64,000 nt of DNA from a virus. The stretch lies in IMG/VR virus record IMGVR_UViG_3300009545_000002, positions 1 to 64,000 of that record; one strand, given 5' to 3'. The position numbers and the translations under genes were made by a program. The notes beneath the pieces are model-generated. The model was not told where the DNA came from, did no database searches, and worked only from the letters and a program-made list of their open reading frames with translations. Positions 49,864 through 58,754 of this stretch are shown here, piece after piece. Each line of letters starts with the position of its first letter. The stretch's first letter is position 1.

Positions 49864-50085
49864 TCAGGTCGGGTCGGTGTGGGTGATGGTTCGTGAAGCC
49901 TTGAGCGCGGCGTGAATCTTGGTCAGCGCCTTGTCGTACTGCTCGAGCCAGTAGCGGGCATCGCCGTCGACGCGGCCCATTGCGTCACTGTGGCTGCGCA
50001 GCAGGATCGCCCGGTCGTGCTGGATGACATCCTTCGCGGCGAGCAGGGCGCGCCTGATGGTGGCATGGGCGGGTCTGTCTTTCAT
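49864..50085 (-). CDS. Hypothetical protein
   Basis: 73 aa; its ATG overlaps the last repeat of the downstream array. Confidence 0.55.
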   Translation of the reverse strand: MKDRPAHATIRRALLAAKDVIQHDRAILLRSHSDAMGRVDGDARYWLEQYDKALTKIHAALKASRTITHTDPT

Positions 50086-50893
50086 GGCGCTCTCTCTTTA
50101 CGGTGCTCTCGCGCAAGGTGGCTCGCTCAGCTGAGGTGGTGCTCTCTTGGGATATGGCTCGCACAGGATCTTTGGTGCTCTCGCGCAGGGGTGGCTCGCT
50201 CACTGGGAGGTGGTGCTCTCGCAGATCGTGGCTCGCTCGCTTGACATGGCGCTCTCGCCCTTTTGGCTCGCTCGTCTGTCATGGTTCTCTCCCGCAGGGG
50301 TGGCTCGCTCCAGGGGTAAGGTTCTCTCGGTGAACTGGGCTCGCTCTCAGCTGATGGTTCTCTCTGAGCCGCTGGCTCGCTCCGTGGGATTGGTGCTCTT
50401 CTTCGCTATGGCTCGCTCATTGTCATTGGGGCTCTCCGTACTCATGGCTCGCTCATGGGTTTAGGTGCTCTCGCGCTGAGTGGCTCGCTCATGGACTCGT
50501 GGTTCTCTCTGAGTTCCTGGCTCGCTCCCGATACGTGGTGCTCGTGGTGCTCTTCGAGACGATGGCTCGCTCATCACCAATGGTGCTCTCGGACAGAATG
50601 GCTCGCTCTTGCAGCATGGTTCTCTGCTGGTTGACGGCTCGCTCAACTCGTATGGTTCTCTCGCACTTTGTGGCTCGCTCATGAGCTCTGGCTCTCTTTG
50701 GGCGTCTGGCTCGCTCGTTGTAGATGGGTCTCTCCGGATGAATGGCTCGCTCCGTTCCATTGGTTCACTCACGCTTTCAGGCTCGCTCGGCAGGTAGGGT
50801 GCCCTCTGAAGACTTGGCTCGCTTGCGATCGATGGTGCTCTCGCTAACCGGGGCTCGCTCTTGCAACTTGGTGCTCTCTCACTCAACGGCTCA
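50085..50893 (-). ncRNA. TIGR-like dual-repeat guide-RNA array downstream of the tas gene, about 22 units
   Basis: On plus, TGGCTCGCTC alternates with TGGT(G/T)CTCTC, separated by unique 8-nt (occasionally 6, 7 or 9) spacers; period ~36 nt; 22 loop repeats counted from 50101 to 50869. Confidence 0.85.
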
Positions 50894-51733
50894 ATGCTTC
50901 GGCTCGCGCAGATGCGCGTGCCCCTGGATCGCGATCGGGTACGGCAGCGGCGGCTCTTTGCCGAAGTGCGTTCGGTACCAGGTCGCATGAAAGTCAGACA
51001 GGAACTGCTTCACCGCGTAGCGCTGCGCCCGCATGTCGATCTGACCTGGTGGCAGCTTGCCGGCGGCGTAGTGCTTGTGCGCCTCCGTCGTCTTGGCCAC
51101 GCGCGCGAGTCCGGCCGCCGCGGCCGCGGTGTTGCCCAGCGCCTCGTTGCGCTCGACTTCATAGGCCTTGCGCTGGCGATAGAGAGCGCCGTACACGCAT
51201 CCGGGCTGGTTGCTGAATTTCAGGAAGGACTGCCCGACCTTCCAGCACAGTACCTTCAGCTTGGCATTGAAGGGACGCTTCGTCTTCTTCTCCCACTTCG
51301 TGGTCGGATCGAGTCCGGCGAAGCGCCAGATATGGCCGACCGTCGGCGCCTTCGTGATATCGATGTGGGCCAGCAGTCCGGCTGCGATCACCGGCCCGAT
51401 GCCGTAGACCTCGTGCAGCCATGGTCCCATCGCATGCTGGCGCGAATAGACGTCGAGCGCGCGCTTGATCTCGTTCTCCATCGTCTGCAGCTGCTTGAAC
51501 AGCCAGTCGAGCATCGCATGTCCGTCGCCCTGATCGGCTGACTGGTCGATGCTGCGCATCTGCGCGGACGATGCGATGCGGTAATCCTGGAGCTGGTAGT
51601 AGGCGTCGACCATGAAGCGGATCTCTTGGCCCTTCAGCGTCTTTGCCGCCTGCAGCACGTCGCGCGCTGGCCTGGCAATGGACTCGAGGGAGATCGGTGC
51701 CTCGGGGATGCCTTTGTCTTCGTCGTCGCTCAT
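50891..51733 (-). CDS. tasA: TasA-like Nop-domain RNA-guided DNA-binding protein (IS110-related, no nuclease domain)
   Basis: 280 aa. Coiled coil (YYQLQDYRIA...), GIGPVIAAGLLAHI, WRFAGLDP, FNAKLKVLCWKVGQSF, YGALYRQRKAYE, RAQRYAVKQFLSDF. No DEDD/RuvC or HNH domain and no IS110 catalytic-Ser loop. Arrays on both sides. Confidence 0.82.
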   Translation of the reverse strand: MSDDEDKGIPEAPISLESIARPARDVLQAAKTLKGQEIRFMVDAYYQLQDYRIASSAQMRSIDQSADQGDGHAMLDWLFKQLQTMENEIKRALDVYSRQHAMGPWLHEVYGIGPVIAAGLLAHIDITKAPTVGHIWRFAGLDPTTKWEKKTKRPFNAKLKVLCWKVGQSFLKFSNQPGCVYGALYRQRKAYEVERNEALGNTAAAAAGLARVAKTTEAHKHYAAGKLPPGQIDMRAQRYAVKQFLSDFHATWYRTHFGKEPPLPYPIAIQGHAHLREPKH

Positions 51734-51739
51734 TGGGTG

Positions 51740-52262
51740 TGGTCCTCTCGTGGTGATTGGCTGCATGCCAGCCCGGCATGCTGGGTCGCTCTACTTCGAT
51801 GGGTGCTCTCGGCGTGGGTGGCTCGCTCAGGTTCGCTGGTTCTCTCTCAGTGTTTGGCTCGCTCGTTCACTATGGTTCGCTCCGATCGATGGGCTCGCTC
51901 AACACTGATGGTCCACTCCCACTTGTTGGCTCGCTCGGGGATGCTGGTTCTCTCGACCGCAATGGCTCACTCACTGCCTCTGGTGCTCTCGGTAAGTCTG
52001 GCTCGCTCAGTCGCAATGGTCCGCTCGCGAAACCTGGCTCGCTCGTCACGCATGGTTCGCTCGTTGAATATGGCTCGCTCGCAATGCTTGGTCCTCTCGC
52101 TCTGTGCGGCTCGCTCCGCGCTCTCGGTGCTCTCCGGTCTGTTGGCTCGCTCGACCATCTTGGTGCTCTCAGCGAATACGGGCTCGCTCGTTGTGCATGG
52201 TTCCCTCACGGCTCGGTGGCTCGCTCCGGCTTCGTGGTTCTCTCGTGATTTTTGGCTCGCTA
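51740..52262 (-). ncRNA. TIGR-like dual-repeat guide-RNA array upstream of the tas gene, 13 full units plus one partial
   Basis: Edge repeats at 51782, 51819, 51855, 51891, 51927, 51963, 51999, 52035, 52071, 52107, 52143, 52180, 52217 and 52253, with loop repeats midway. Confidence 0.85.
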
Positions 52263-52703
52263 CTGCGGCGCCGCCAGCAAGTTCGCGGTGCTGACGTGCT
52301 CGAGGACTGTCCGGCCGTTGGGCAGCAGGATCTGACCCAAGAACGCGCCTTCGAAAGTCAGGATGCCGACTTCCACCGCAGTGACCTGGCCCTTGATCCA
52401 GTCGCGCAGCACCGAGCAGACCGAGACCTGGGCCTGGTCCAGCGCGCGCCGCTCGTGCTCAATCTTCGTTCGCCGGTGTCGGCTCGGGTTGTACGGGTAC
52501 TCCTTGAGCCAGGCCGCGGCGTATCCGCGGTAGCTGGCCTTCACGGTCACGTCGCGAGTGCGATAGGTGAACTGCACGATCAGCTCGCCGAGCTCGTTGT
52601 CCGTCATCGTGCCGAAGCGCGAGCAGCCGAAGCGCGTCAAGACCTTGCGGATCTCGTCGAGCGCGCCGGCGCCCGAGGTCGCGCCTTCATACGGCAGGGC
52701 CAT
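52260..52703 (-). CDS. Conserved hypothetical phage protein
   Basis: MALPYEGATSG...EIRKVLTRFG...LRDWIKGQVTAVE.GILTFEGAFL. Confidence 0.75.
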   Translation of the reverse strand: MALPYEGATSGAGALDEIRKVLTRFGCSRFGTMTDNELGELIVQFTYRTRDVTVKASYRGYAAAWLKEYPYNPSRHRRTKIEHERRALDQAQVSVCSVLRDWIKGQVTAVEVGILTFEGAFLGQILLPNGRTVLEHVSTANLLAAPQ

Positions 52704-52718
52704 CGCCAGCTCCCGCGT

Positions 52719-53429
52719 TCATGGCTGGCCGATGGCGCCGCTGGTGGTCGTGCCATGCCGCTCGACGAACTCGTCGGTCGCGTCCTTCGGCTTGCGCGAC
52801 TTCTTGTCGGCGGGCTTGTTGATCGGCACGCCGTTGACCGCGCCAGAGCTCTCGGCAAACGGCCAGTTCGGATCGCCGCCGCTCTCTTCGCTGGGTGCGG
52901 AATCGAGCATCGCCTGGCTCTCGGCCGACGGCACCATCATCGCCTGCACTTCGTGCTTGAGCATCGCCGACAGCTTGCCGACCGCGCGTTCATCCGGCTG
53001 CGATCGTTGGACTCGCCAGGTCACTTTGACCGTGCCGCCCTGCTTGCACTCGAGCCTGAAGTTGTTCGCCTTGCAGTCGGTGATTTTCACGTTCGACTTG
53101 CCGGCCAGGCCGTACTCGAAGGTCAGCGTGCACCCTTCTTGATCACCGTGCCATTTCAGGACATCGAGCTCGGGGAAGCGCAGGTCGGGCGCGTCGTTCG
53201 GCTCCTCGAGCTCGAGCGGCACCTGGTCCGGGCGCGGCTGCGGCGTCTTCGACTTGAAGTAGAGCCAGGACTTCAGGCGCGGGTTGAACAGCTTCAGCAC
53301 GTCGTTGTGCATTTCCTTCGACAGCTTGATGTCGATGGCCGGCACCTTTTCGTCGCCGTGGTTCTCGTCGCGCAGGTTGATGTGCTCGATGATGACGGGC
53401 GTCAGATCGGGGAGGGCAAATCGGTTCAC
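52719..53429 (-). CDS. Hypothetical phage protein (beta-rich)
   Basis: GTG start with SD AAGGAG; RDENHGDEKVPAIDI...ECKQGGTVKVTWRVQ. Confidence 0.7.
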   Translation of the reverse strand: MNRFALPDLTPVIIEHINLRDENHGDEKVPAIDIKLSKEMHNDVLKLFNPRLKSWLYFKSKTPQPRPDQVPLELEEPNDAPDLRFPELDVLKWHGDQEGCTLTFEYGLAGKSNVKITDCKANNFRLECKQGGTVKVTWRVQRSQPDERAVGKLSAMLKHEVQAMMVPSAESQAMLDSAPSEESGGDPNWPFAESSGAVNGVPINKPADKKSRKPKDATDEFVERHGTTTSGAIGQP

Positions 53430-53455
53430 TTTGGGACTCCTTTGATTGGGGCGAT

Positions 53456-54535
53456 TCAGACTTCTTGCAGGACGATGCGCTTCGACTCGATGAGGCCCCG
53501 GTTGACCTCGCCGAGCACTGCAATCCCGAGCTGACTGATTCCCTTGTTGGCCGACTGGGCCTTCGAGATTGCATCCATGAGCTTGTGCGCGCCGATCTTG
53601 CGCATGCGCGCATTGAGAGTCGGGTTCTCGACGCCGCCCTCGATGCGGCGATCGAGGTAGTCCAAGGCCTTGATCAGCTCGCCGAAGATCGGCGCGCCGG
53701 GCGTGATGTCTTGCATGCAGCACAGCACGGCTTCGCAGCGCCGCATGTCGCGCTTCGCCATGCCGTAGACGTAGGCGATCGCGGCCAGCTGGTTGGCCCC
53801 CTTCGCTGCGCGAGCCACCACGTCGATGCCGAGTGCGCATAGGGCCTGGTCCAGCTGAATCGCGATCGGGTCTTCGCCTGTCACGAGCGCACGATATTTG
53901 TCGGAGGCATGCACGCCGCTGCGGTTGATGTTGATCGCCGCGAAGATGCGCGCTTCGTGGTTGATGCCCTGGCTCTCGAAGACAAGGCAGTTCAACTCGG
54001 TCAACTCGACTCGCCGCTGTGAAGCCATCCAGCGGTTTTGCCCGTCGACGATATAGAATTCGTCGCCGCGCTGCGCGACGGTCAGCGCGCCGAATGCAAC
54101 CATGTCCAGCGCGGCGGCGATCTGATCGACTTTCGTCTGGCTGACGGTGTTGCGCTGGTAGGTCGTGCAGATGCTGAGCTTCGCCTTGTGCAAGCGCATC
54201 GGACGCAGTTCGCCGGTGATGGGGAGCCACTCGCGCTTGAGTGCATCGGCTGCCGAGTCGAGGGAGTGCTCAACGTAGGCCTCGTGCTGCGGCAAAGCGG
54301 GCGGTCCGGAGTCTGAAAGCTGCTGCACGTGCGGCAGCTTGAGTAGCCTCTGCCGGCGCCAGAACCCAGCAGCGCCAGACACCGTCGAGAGCCATTTGCC
54401 GAGTCCGGGATTCGAGGCCAGCATCTCTTTCAGGTAGTCGCGCGAGGTCCAGTGAGCGCGAGCGCCCTCGGGGATCCGCGCGCAGACTCGGCGCAGTTCA
54501 GCTTCCGCTGTTTGTTGCCGGCGAGCTGTGTTCAT
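53456..54535 (-). CDS. ParB-like (DUF6551 / DGQHR-type) protein
   Basis: YQR...FGALTVAQR...YIVDGQNR...EARIFAAIN. Confidence 0.7.
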   Translation of the reverse strand: MNTARRQQTAEAELRRVCARIPEGARAHWTSRDYLKEMLASNPGLGKWLSTVSGAAGFWRRQRLLKLPHVQQLSDSGPPALPQHEAYVEHSLDSAADALKREWLPITGELRPMRLHKAKLSICTTYQRNTVSQTKVDQIAAALDMVAFGALTVAQRGDEFYIVDGQNRWMASQRRVELTELNCLVFESQGINHEARIFAAININRSGVHASDKYRALVTGEDPIAIQLDQALCALGIDVVARAAKGANQLAAIAYVYGMAKRDMRRCEAVLCCMQDITPGAPIFGELIKALDYLDRRIEGGVENPTLNARMRKIGAHKLMDAISKAQSANKGISQLGIAVLGEVNRGLIESKRIVLQEV

Positions 54536-55463
54536 CTTGTTCGCTCCGGTTGATGATGGTCAGCGTGTTGAGCACGTTGCGAAGGAAGGGCATCCCCATG
54601 TGCAAGTTAGCTGCGACTCCTATCCGCTGCTCGTGGGTGAGAACGCGCAGCAGCCCATCGGCCGACACATTGGCCCTTGCAAGCACGCGAAGCGCGTCAG
54701 CCACATTCAGCAGTCGCTCGGCAGTCTCGCGGGCGTGCTGGCGTTCTTCTTCCAGCGTGCGCCGAATGGGGACTACCACCGATGAATGCTGGCCAGGCGC
54801 AAGCGCGGCGCGCCGCTGCGCCATGGCTTCTTCGCGTGATGCCTGCAGCGCGGCCTCACGGTCCTTCAGGCGATCACGCGAAGCGAGCCATGCTGATTCG
54901 ATCGTCAGCTCGCCGGCAACCACGCGGACGGCCAGGTCAGGCGACACCTTGACGACGCGCCATAGCTTCTTCTGCGTGGCTTCGCACAACGTGCGCTTGC
55001 CGAGATAGTCTTTCGCACGGTGCTCGATGTCGAGAGCGCATGGGTTTTGATTCCACTGGACTACGCGGGCGCGAAGGTCGCGGCTCGACTTGCCTTCACG
55101 CTGCGCCCAATCGAGCATTTCGTCGGCTACGTCCCCAGGCAACGCAGCGACCTCTGCATGATGGGTGAATGAAAGAACTTGCCGGCGCCGGCAAGTTTCT
55201 TTGAAGGCCCTTGCGGTTGTGGCCGCATGAGCGCAAGTCTGAAACGACGGCCCGCGCCAGTCCGGCGCTTCGGTCAATGCCTTGCGGTTGCCATAGGTGC
55301 GATCACCATAGGCCCAGAGGTCGCCGAGCTGCCATTGGTGCCGATTGTGCTGTTCGCTGATCTGGTGAAGCGCGGCGAGCCAATCTTCTTCGGGCATCGG
55401 CTCCTCTGGCGGGAGCCATCCGTTTTCGGTGAAGGTACCCATATCCATCCTAGGCCCAGTCAT
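54498..55463 (-). CDS. LmbU-like HTH domain protein
   Basis: QWQLGDLWAYG...YG...RRRQVLSFTHHAEVAAL...SSRDLR. Confidence 0.65.
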   Translation of the reverse strand: MTGPRMDMGTFTENGWLPPEEPMPEEDWLAALHQISEQHNRHQWQLGDLWAYGDRTYGNRKALTEAPDWRGPSFQTCAHAATTARAFKETCRRRQVLSFTHHAEVAALPGDVADEMLDWAQREGKSSRDLRARVVQWNQNPCALDIEHRAKDYLGKRTLCEATQKKLWRVVKVSPDLAVRVVAGELTIESAWLASRDRLKDREAALQASREEAMAQRRAALAPGQHSSVVVPIRRTLEEERQHARETAERLLNVADALRVLARANVSADGLLRVLTHEQRIGVAANLHMGMPFLRNVLNTLTIINRSEQDEHSSPATNSGS

Positions 55464-55785
55464 TGTCAAAAGTGATCACCACGTCGCCGACGATCTCGTG
55501 CGTCGTGCCGGGCACGCAGTTCTGCCAATAGAGCTCGGTCGCCTTCCGGTTGACCGGCTTGAGCGCCTTGGTCGGGCGCTGCTCGAAGTGGCCCGGGCTG
55601 TGCTCGATCCACTCGACTTCGTAGCCCTGATCGTCGACGCACATCACCTGCAGCGGCGGGCCCAGGTGGCGCAGGCTGACCACGTCGATCGTCCGTGCGC
55701 CTATCAGTCTGCGGATCTCGTCATGCGGAATCGGCTTGTCGAAATTCACCTCGGTGCCGTCGGTGCGGATGAGGCGCCGGCTCAT
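55450..55785 (-). CDS. DUF3846-like protein
   Basis: LIRTDG...MCVDDQG...PVNRKATELY...IVGDVVI. Confidence 0.65.
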   Translation of the reverse strand: MSRRLIRTDGTEVNFDKPIPHDEIRRLIGARTIDVVSLRHLGPPLQVMCVDDQGYEVEWIEHSPGHFEQRPTKALKPVNRKATELYWQNCVPGTTHEIVGDVVITFDNDWA

Positions 55786-56921
55786 GCTTCGCCCCACTCC
55801 TGCTTGTAGACGGCGGCCAGCTGCTCGAGCTCTTCGGGATCCAGCACGCCGCGCGCCTGGTCGAGCACCAGCGCCGCCGTCTCGGCGGATGTCGCGGTGC
55901 GGATGCCGTACTCGCACTCGGCGAAGGCGCGGACCGACTTTTCAGCGCCGGCGGTCTGCTGCTCTTGCTGGCTATGCTCGCGCTCCGCCGGCTCCTCGAC
56001 GGCTGCGCCGCCGCTGCCGCCCTTGCGCGGCCGCGTGGCGCGCTGGCGCGGCGCCGGGGCATCGGGCGCCGGCGGCTGTGGCGGCGGATCGATCTCGCCC
56101 GTGTCCTCGTCGATCGCGGCGAACGGCGGCGGGACGTACGAATTCGAGATCGCGTCCTGCAGGCCCAGCTGCTGCACGCCGCGCGAGGCCGCGTCGTCCA
56201 GCGCGAGCGCGCTCGCCAGCTCCGGCGACTTCGGCAGGTATTTGCAGATCCGGCGCAGCACCGTCTTGCGCGCCATCTCGTCCCAGTCGGTGTCCCAGGG
56301 GGTCTGCTTGCCGAAGCGGGACGCGGTCTGCACGTTCTGCGACCGCGCCTTGATGCGCTGGATGTCGGCGAGCGTCATGAGCTCGGCGTGCGAGCCGCCG
56401 CCCTTCAGGCGCGCCACGGCGTAGACCAGCCGCACCGGGCCGGCATCGCCGTCGAGGAACGGCCGGTGCACGATGCCTGGCTCGGTGCCCCACTGAACCT
56501 CGAACTGGTCGTTCGTGCGCACCAGGTGCGCCGAGATCGACTCCACCAGGCCGGAGCGGCGCACGAGCTCGAGCAGCCCCTGGTAGCCGATCTGCAGCGT
56601 GCAGATGTAGACGCCCTCGCGGTTCTTGTACGGGATCAGGTAGCACTCGCCCATCAGCCCCGGCCGCAGCCCGAGCTGCGAGGCCTGGATCACGCACGAG
56701 AACACCGAGATCGGCGGGCACTCGGCGAGCCGCGGGTTCAGCGAGAAGCACGTCAGCGCGATGCGCATCATCGTGTCGGCGTTGAGGTGCCGCGGCAAGG
56801 CGCGGGCGATCTCGTTCCGGCGCGCTTCGAGCATGGTGCGGAAGTTGTCCGCGCCGCCGCGTCGCGTGACTTCACCGGCGGCGACGTTCTTCAGCGTGGT
56901 GGTCGGGAGGGGAGCGTTCAT
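55782..56921 (-). CDS. recT: RecT ssDNA-annealing protein
   Basis: ASQLGLRP...CYLIPY...IGYQGLLELVRRSG...WDEMARKTVLRRICKYLP. Confidence 0.93.
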   Translation of the reverse strand: MNAPLPTTTLKNVAAGEVTRRGGADNFRTMLEARRNEIARALPRHLNADTMMRIALTCFSLNPRLAECPPISVFSCVIQASQLGLRPGLMGECYLIPYKNREGVYICTLQIGYQGLLELVRRSGLVESISAHLVRTNDQFEVQWGTEPGIVHRPFLDGDAGPVRLVYAVARLKGGGSHAELMTLADIQRIKARSQNVQTASRFGKQTPWDTDWDEMARKTVLRRICKYLPKSPELASALALDDAASRGVQQLGLQDAISNSYVPPPFAAIDEDTGEIDPPPQPPAPDAPAPRQRATRPRKGGSGGAAVEEPAEREHSQQEQQTAGAEKSVRAFAECEYGIRTATSAETAALVLDQARGVLDPEELEQLAAVYKQEWGEA

Positions 56922-56927
56922 CAGGTG

Positions 56928-57143
56928 TCATTCCTTCATGAAGGTTGTATTTGTCGGCAGTCCTGGCCATGAGCTGGGCTCGTGCGCGCGCTGCCGCAGC
57001 ATCGCGTCGGCCATTTCGTAAGCGGCCTCGGCGACCTCGTCCAGGGTGATGTCCCCCTTGTAGGCCACCAGAAGCCCCTGCATCGCTTTGCCGGCAAAGT
57101 AGTCGCGCAGGTCGACCAGCATTCCGACCGGAGCTGGGTGCAT
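56928..57143 (-). CDS. Small conserved phage protein
   Basis: LRDYFAGKAMQG...AYEMADAML motif. Confidence 0.7.
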   Translation of the reverse strand: MHPAPVGMLVDLRDYFAGKAMQGLLVAYKGDITLDEVAEAAYEMADAMLRQRAHEPSSWPGLPTNTTFMKE

Positions 57144-57148
57144 GGCGG

Positions 57149-58087
57149 TCAATCGCCGCGGTAGGTGAAGGCCCAGCCGGGCAGGTCGATCAGCTGGATC
57201 TCATCTCCGTAGCCTGGCCAGACGCCTCGGCGCCGGCAGGCCGCGTATCGATCGAGGTTTCGCCGGTAATCTTCACGGCCTTGCTCGCGGCTGCGATCGT
57301 CGAGCATCATCGCCTGCGCCAGAAACGGCCACTCGGTCTCCACCGCCACGAACACGAAGGCCAGCACGTCGACCTTCGCCGCGATCTCGTAGCCGTCGGA
57401 GTAGAAGGCGTCCTGCACGTGGTAGCGCTTGCGTGCGACCTGGCGGCGAAACTCGTTCGCGCTCGCGTCGGCGTAGGTCTTGACGTCGAGCAACCCGACG
57501 CGGCTGCCGCCGAAATCGGCCACCCAGTCCGGGCGGCAGCGGCACGCCTCGCCGGTCTCCTGGTCGATCCACATGGCCGAGACCTCGGAGCGGCCGTGCC
57601 CGAGCGCCTCGGCCACGTCCGGCAGCCGGCGCATGTTCTGCGCCTGGCGCATCGCGGTCTCGTACTGCGCGGCCGTGATGATCACCTTGCCGCTGTGGCG
57701 CTGGCCGAACTCGCTCCACCAGGCCATTGCGGCCACGCTCTCCGAGCTCGGGTTTTTGGCGTTCCACTGCGCCTCGGTCGGCCGGCGCGGCGCGTTCGGC
57801 GGCACGGTGATGTAGCGGGAAAGGAAGGCCTCGGGCTCGAGCAGTGCGCAATGCGCCAGCTGGCCCTCGAGCTGACCGGCACGTTCTTTACGTGGCGGCC
57901 GCATCGGATCGAGGTAACCCGCGAAATAGTGCGCAGGACTGCGGTTTATCAAGTCGAGTCCCGACTTCGAGATGCCGGGCATCGCGTGATACACATCGAT
58001 GTCGATGCCGTGGGCAATACCCGGGAAAGTACTCGGTACCAGGTCGGCGGCAGTGGCCACATGCAGGCGTTCGACGACTTCGTTCAT
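57149..58087 (-). CDS. recE: RecE/exonuclease VIII-like PD-(D/E)xK nuclease (DUF3799)
   Basis: YHAMPGISKSGL, HCALLEP, CRCRPDW, DVKT, YHVQDAFY. Confidence 0.88.
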   Translation of the reverse strand: MNEVVERLHVATAADLVPSTFPGIAHGIDIDVYHAMPGISKSGLDLINRSPAHYFAGYLDPMRPPRKERAGQLEGQLAHCALLEPEAFLSRYITVPPNAPRRPTEAQWNAKNPSSESVAAMAWWSEFGQRHSGKVIITAAQYETAMRQAQNMRRLPDVAEALGHGRSEVSAMWIDQETGEACRCRPDWVADFGGSRVGLLDVKTYADASANEFRRQVARKRYHVQDAFYSDGYEIAAKVDVLAFVFVAVETEWPFLAQAMMLDDRSREQGREDYRRNLDRYAACRRRGVWPGYGDEIQLIDLPGWAFTYRGD

Positions 58088-58235
58088 GTCATGACTCCCG
58101 CGAGATAGCCGAGACCGAAAAAGACCAGGTAGATGATCGCGATGGTGAGTCTCGAGCACTGCCGGCTGATCGCGTCGGGCCGCACCTGCTCGACGGCGCA
58201 GCTGTAGTCGACGTCGTTCGCGTTCGGGCGCCCGC

Positions 58236-58553
58236 TCATGACTGCCCTCTTCGGGCATTGATGACGCGTGCCAGGCAAAGCCAGGCCCGGTCAGGCGTGC
58301 GGTGCGGCCCCTGGCAGGGCACGTGCTCTCCCCCGATGAAGCACTCGTAACTGCTGCCGACCAGGCGCACCACGGCACTCGGCTCGATGCTCAGGACGAG
58401 CGGTTTGAACTTCTGTCGGCGCGGCCGTAAATGCTTGTCTTCGGTGATCTTGAAGCGCGAGTCATACGCGTTGTCATGGCTGGCAATGGCTTGCGCAAGC
58501 GAGTCTGTGCTGTCGCGCACAGACGTCCCACTGATCGTCTCCATCGACGTCAT
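58236..58553 (-). CDS. Hypothetical protein, first gene of the leftward operon
   Basis: ORF just downstream of the leftward promoter; no HTH or S24 features seen. Confidence 0.45.
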   Translation of the reverse strand: MTSMETISGTSVRDSTDSLAQAIASHDNAYDSRFKITEDKHLRPRRQKFKPLVLSIEPSAVVRLVGSSYECFIGGEHVPCQGPHRTPDRAWLCLARVINARRGQS

Positions 58554-58603
58554 CCCGTTGTTGTTGGTAGGGGTCGAGTCAATTCGATGACTAGACCGTG
58601 ACA

Positions 58604-58631
58604 ACCGTAGCAACAGAATGCCCGCAGTCAA
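58604..58631 (-). promoter_or_regulatory. Leftward early promoter (pL-like)
   Basis: TTGACT-N16-TACGGT. Confidence 0.55.
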
Positions 58632-58754
58632 GACCTCCACGATCGTCGCGGATATTCGAGGCCTGATGACAGCGTCGATCGATCCGCGTATAAGCGCGCG
58701 CGACCGCAGCGGGCGCCCTTCGCACTACGAGCATCAGGGCTTTCACGCTGGGTC

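Noticed and set aside
50891-51733. IS110 transposase / insertion sequence
   Set aside because: It lacks the N-terminal DEDD domain and the catalytic Ser loop, is shorter than typical, and is operon-embedded between repeat arrays rather than IS ends.
51847-51908. Spacer TCAGTGTT is the reverse complement of nearby spacer AACACTGA
   Set aside because: A single 8-mer match among ~70 spacers could arise by chance; not enough to claim meaning.
50085-52262. CRISPR array
   Set aside because: Repeats are 10 nt and of two alternating types, spacers are only ~8 nt, and there are no cas genes in the window.
50103-52294. Repeat-protein ORFs (MARS/VLS, GSL and SEP/REP repeats) in the ORF track
   Set aside because: They are by-products of the 18-nt periodicity. 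They appear in several frames on both strands and are broken by 7- and 9-nt spacers, while conservation is at the nucleotide level.
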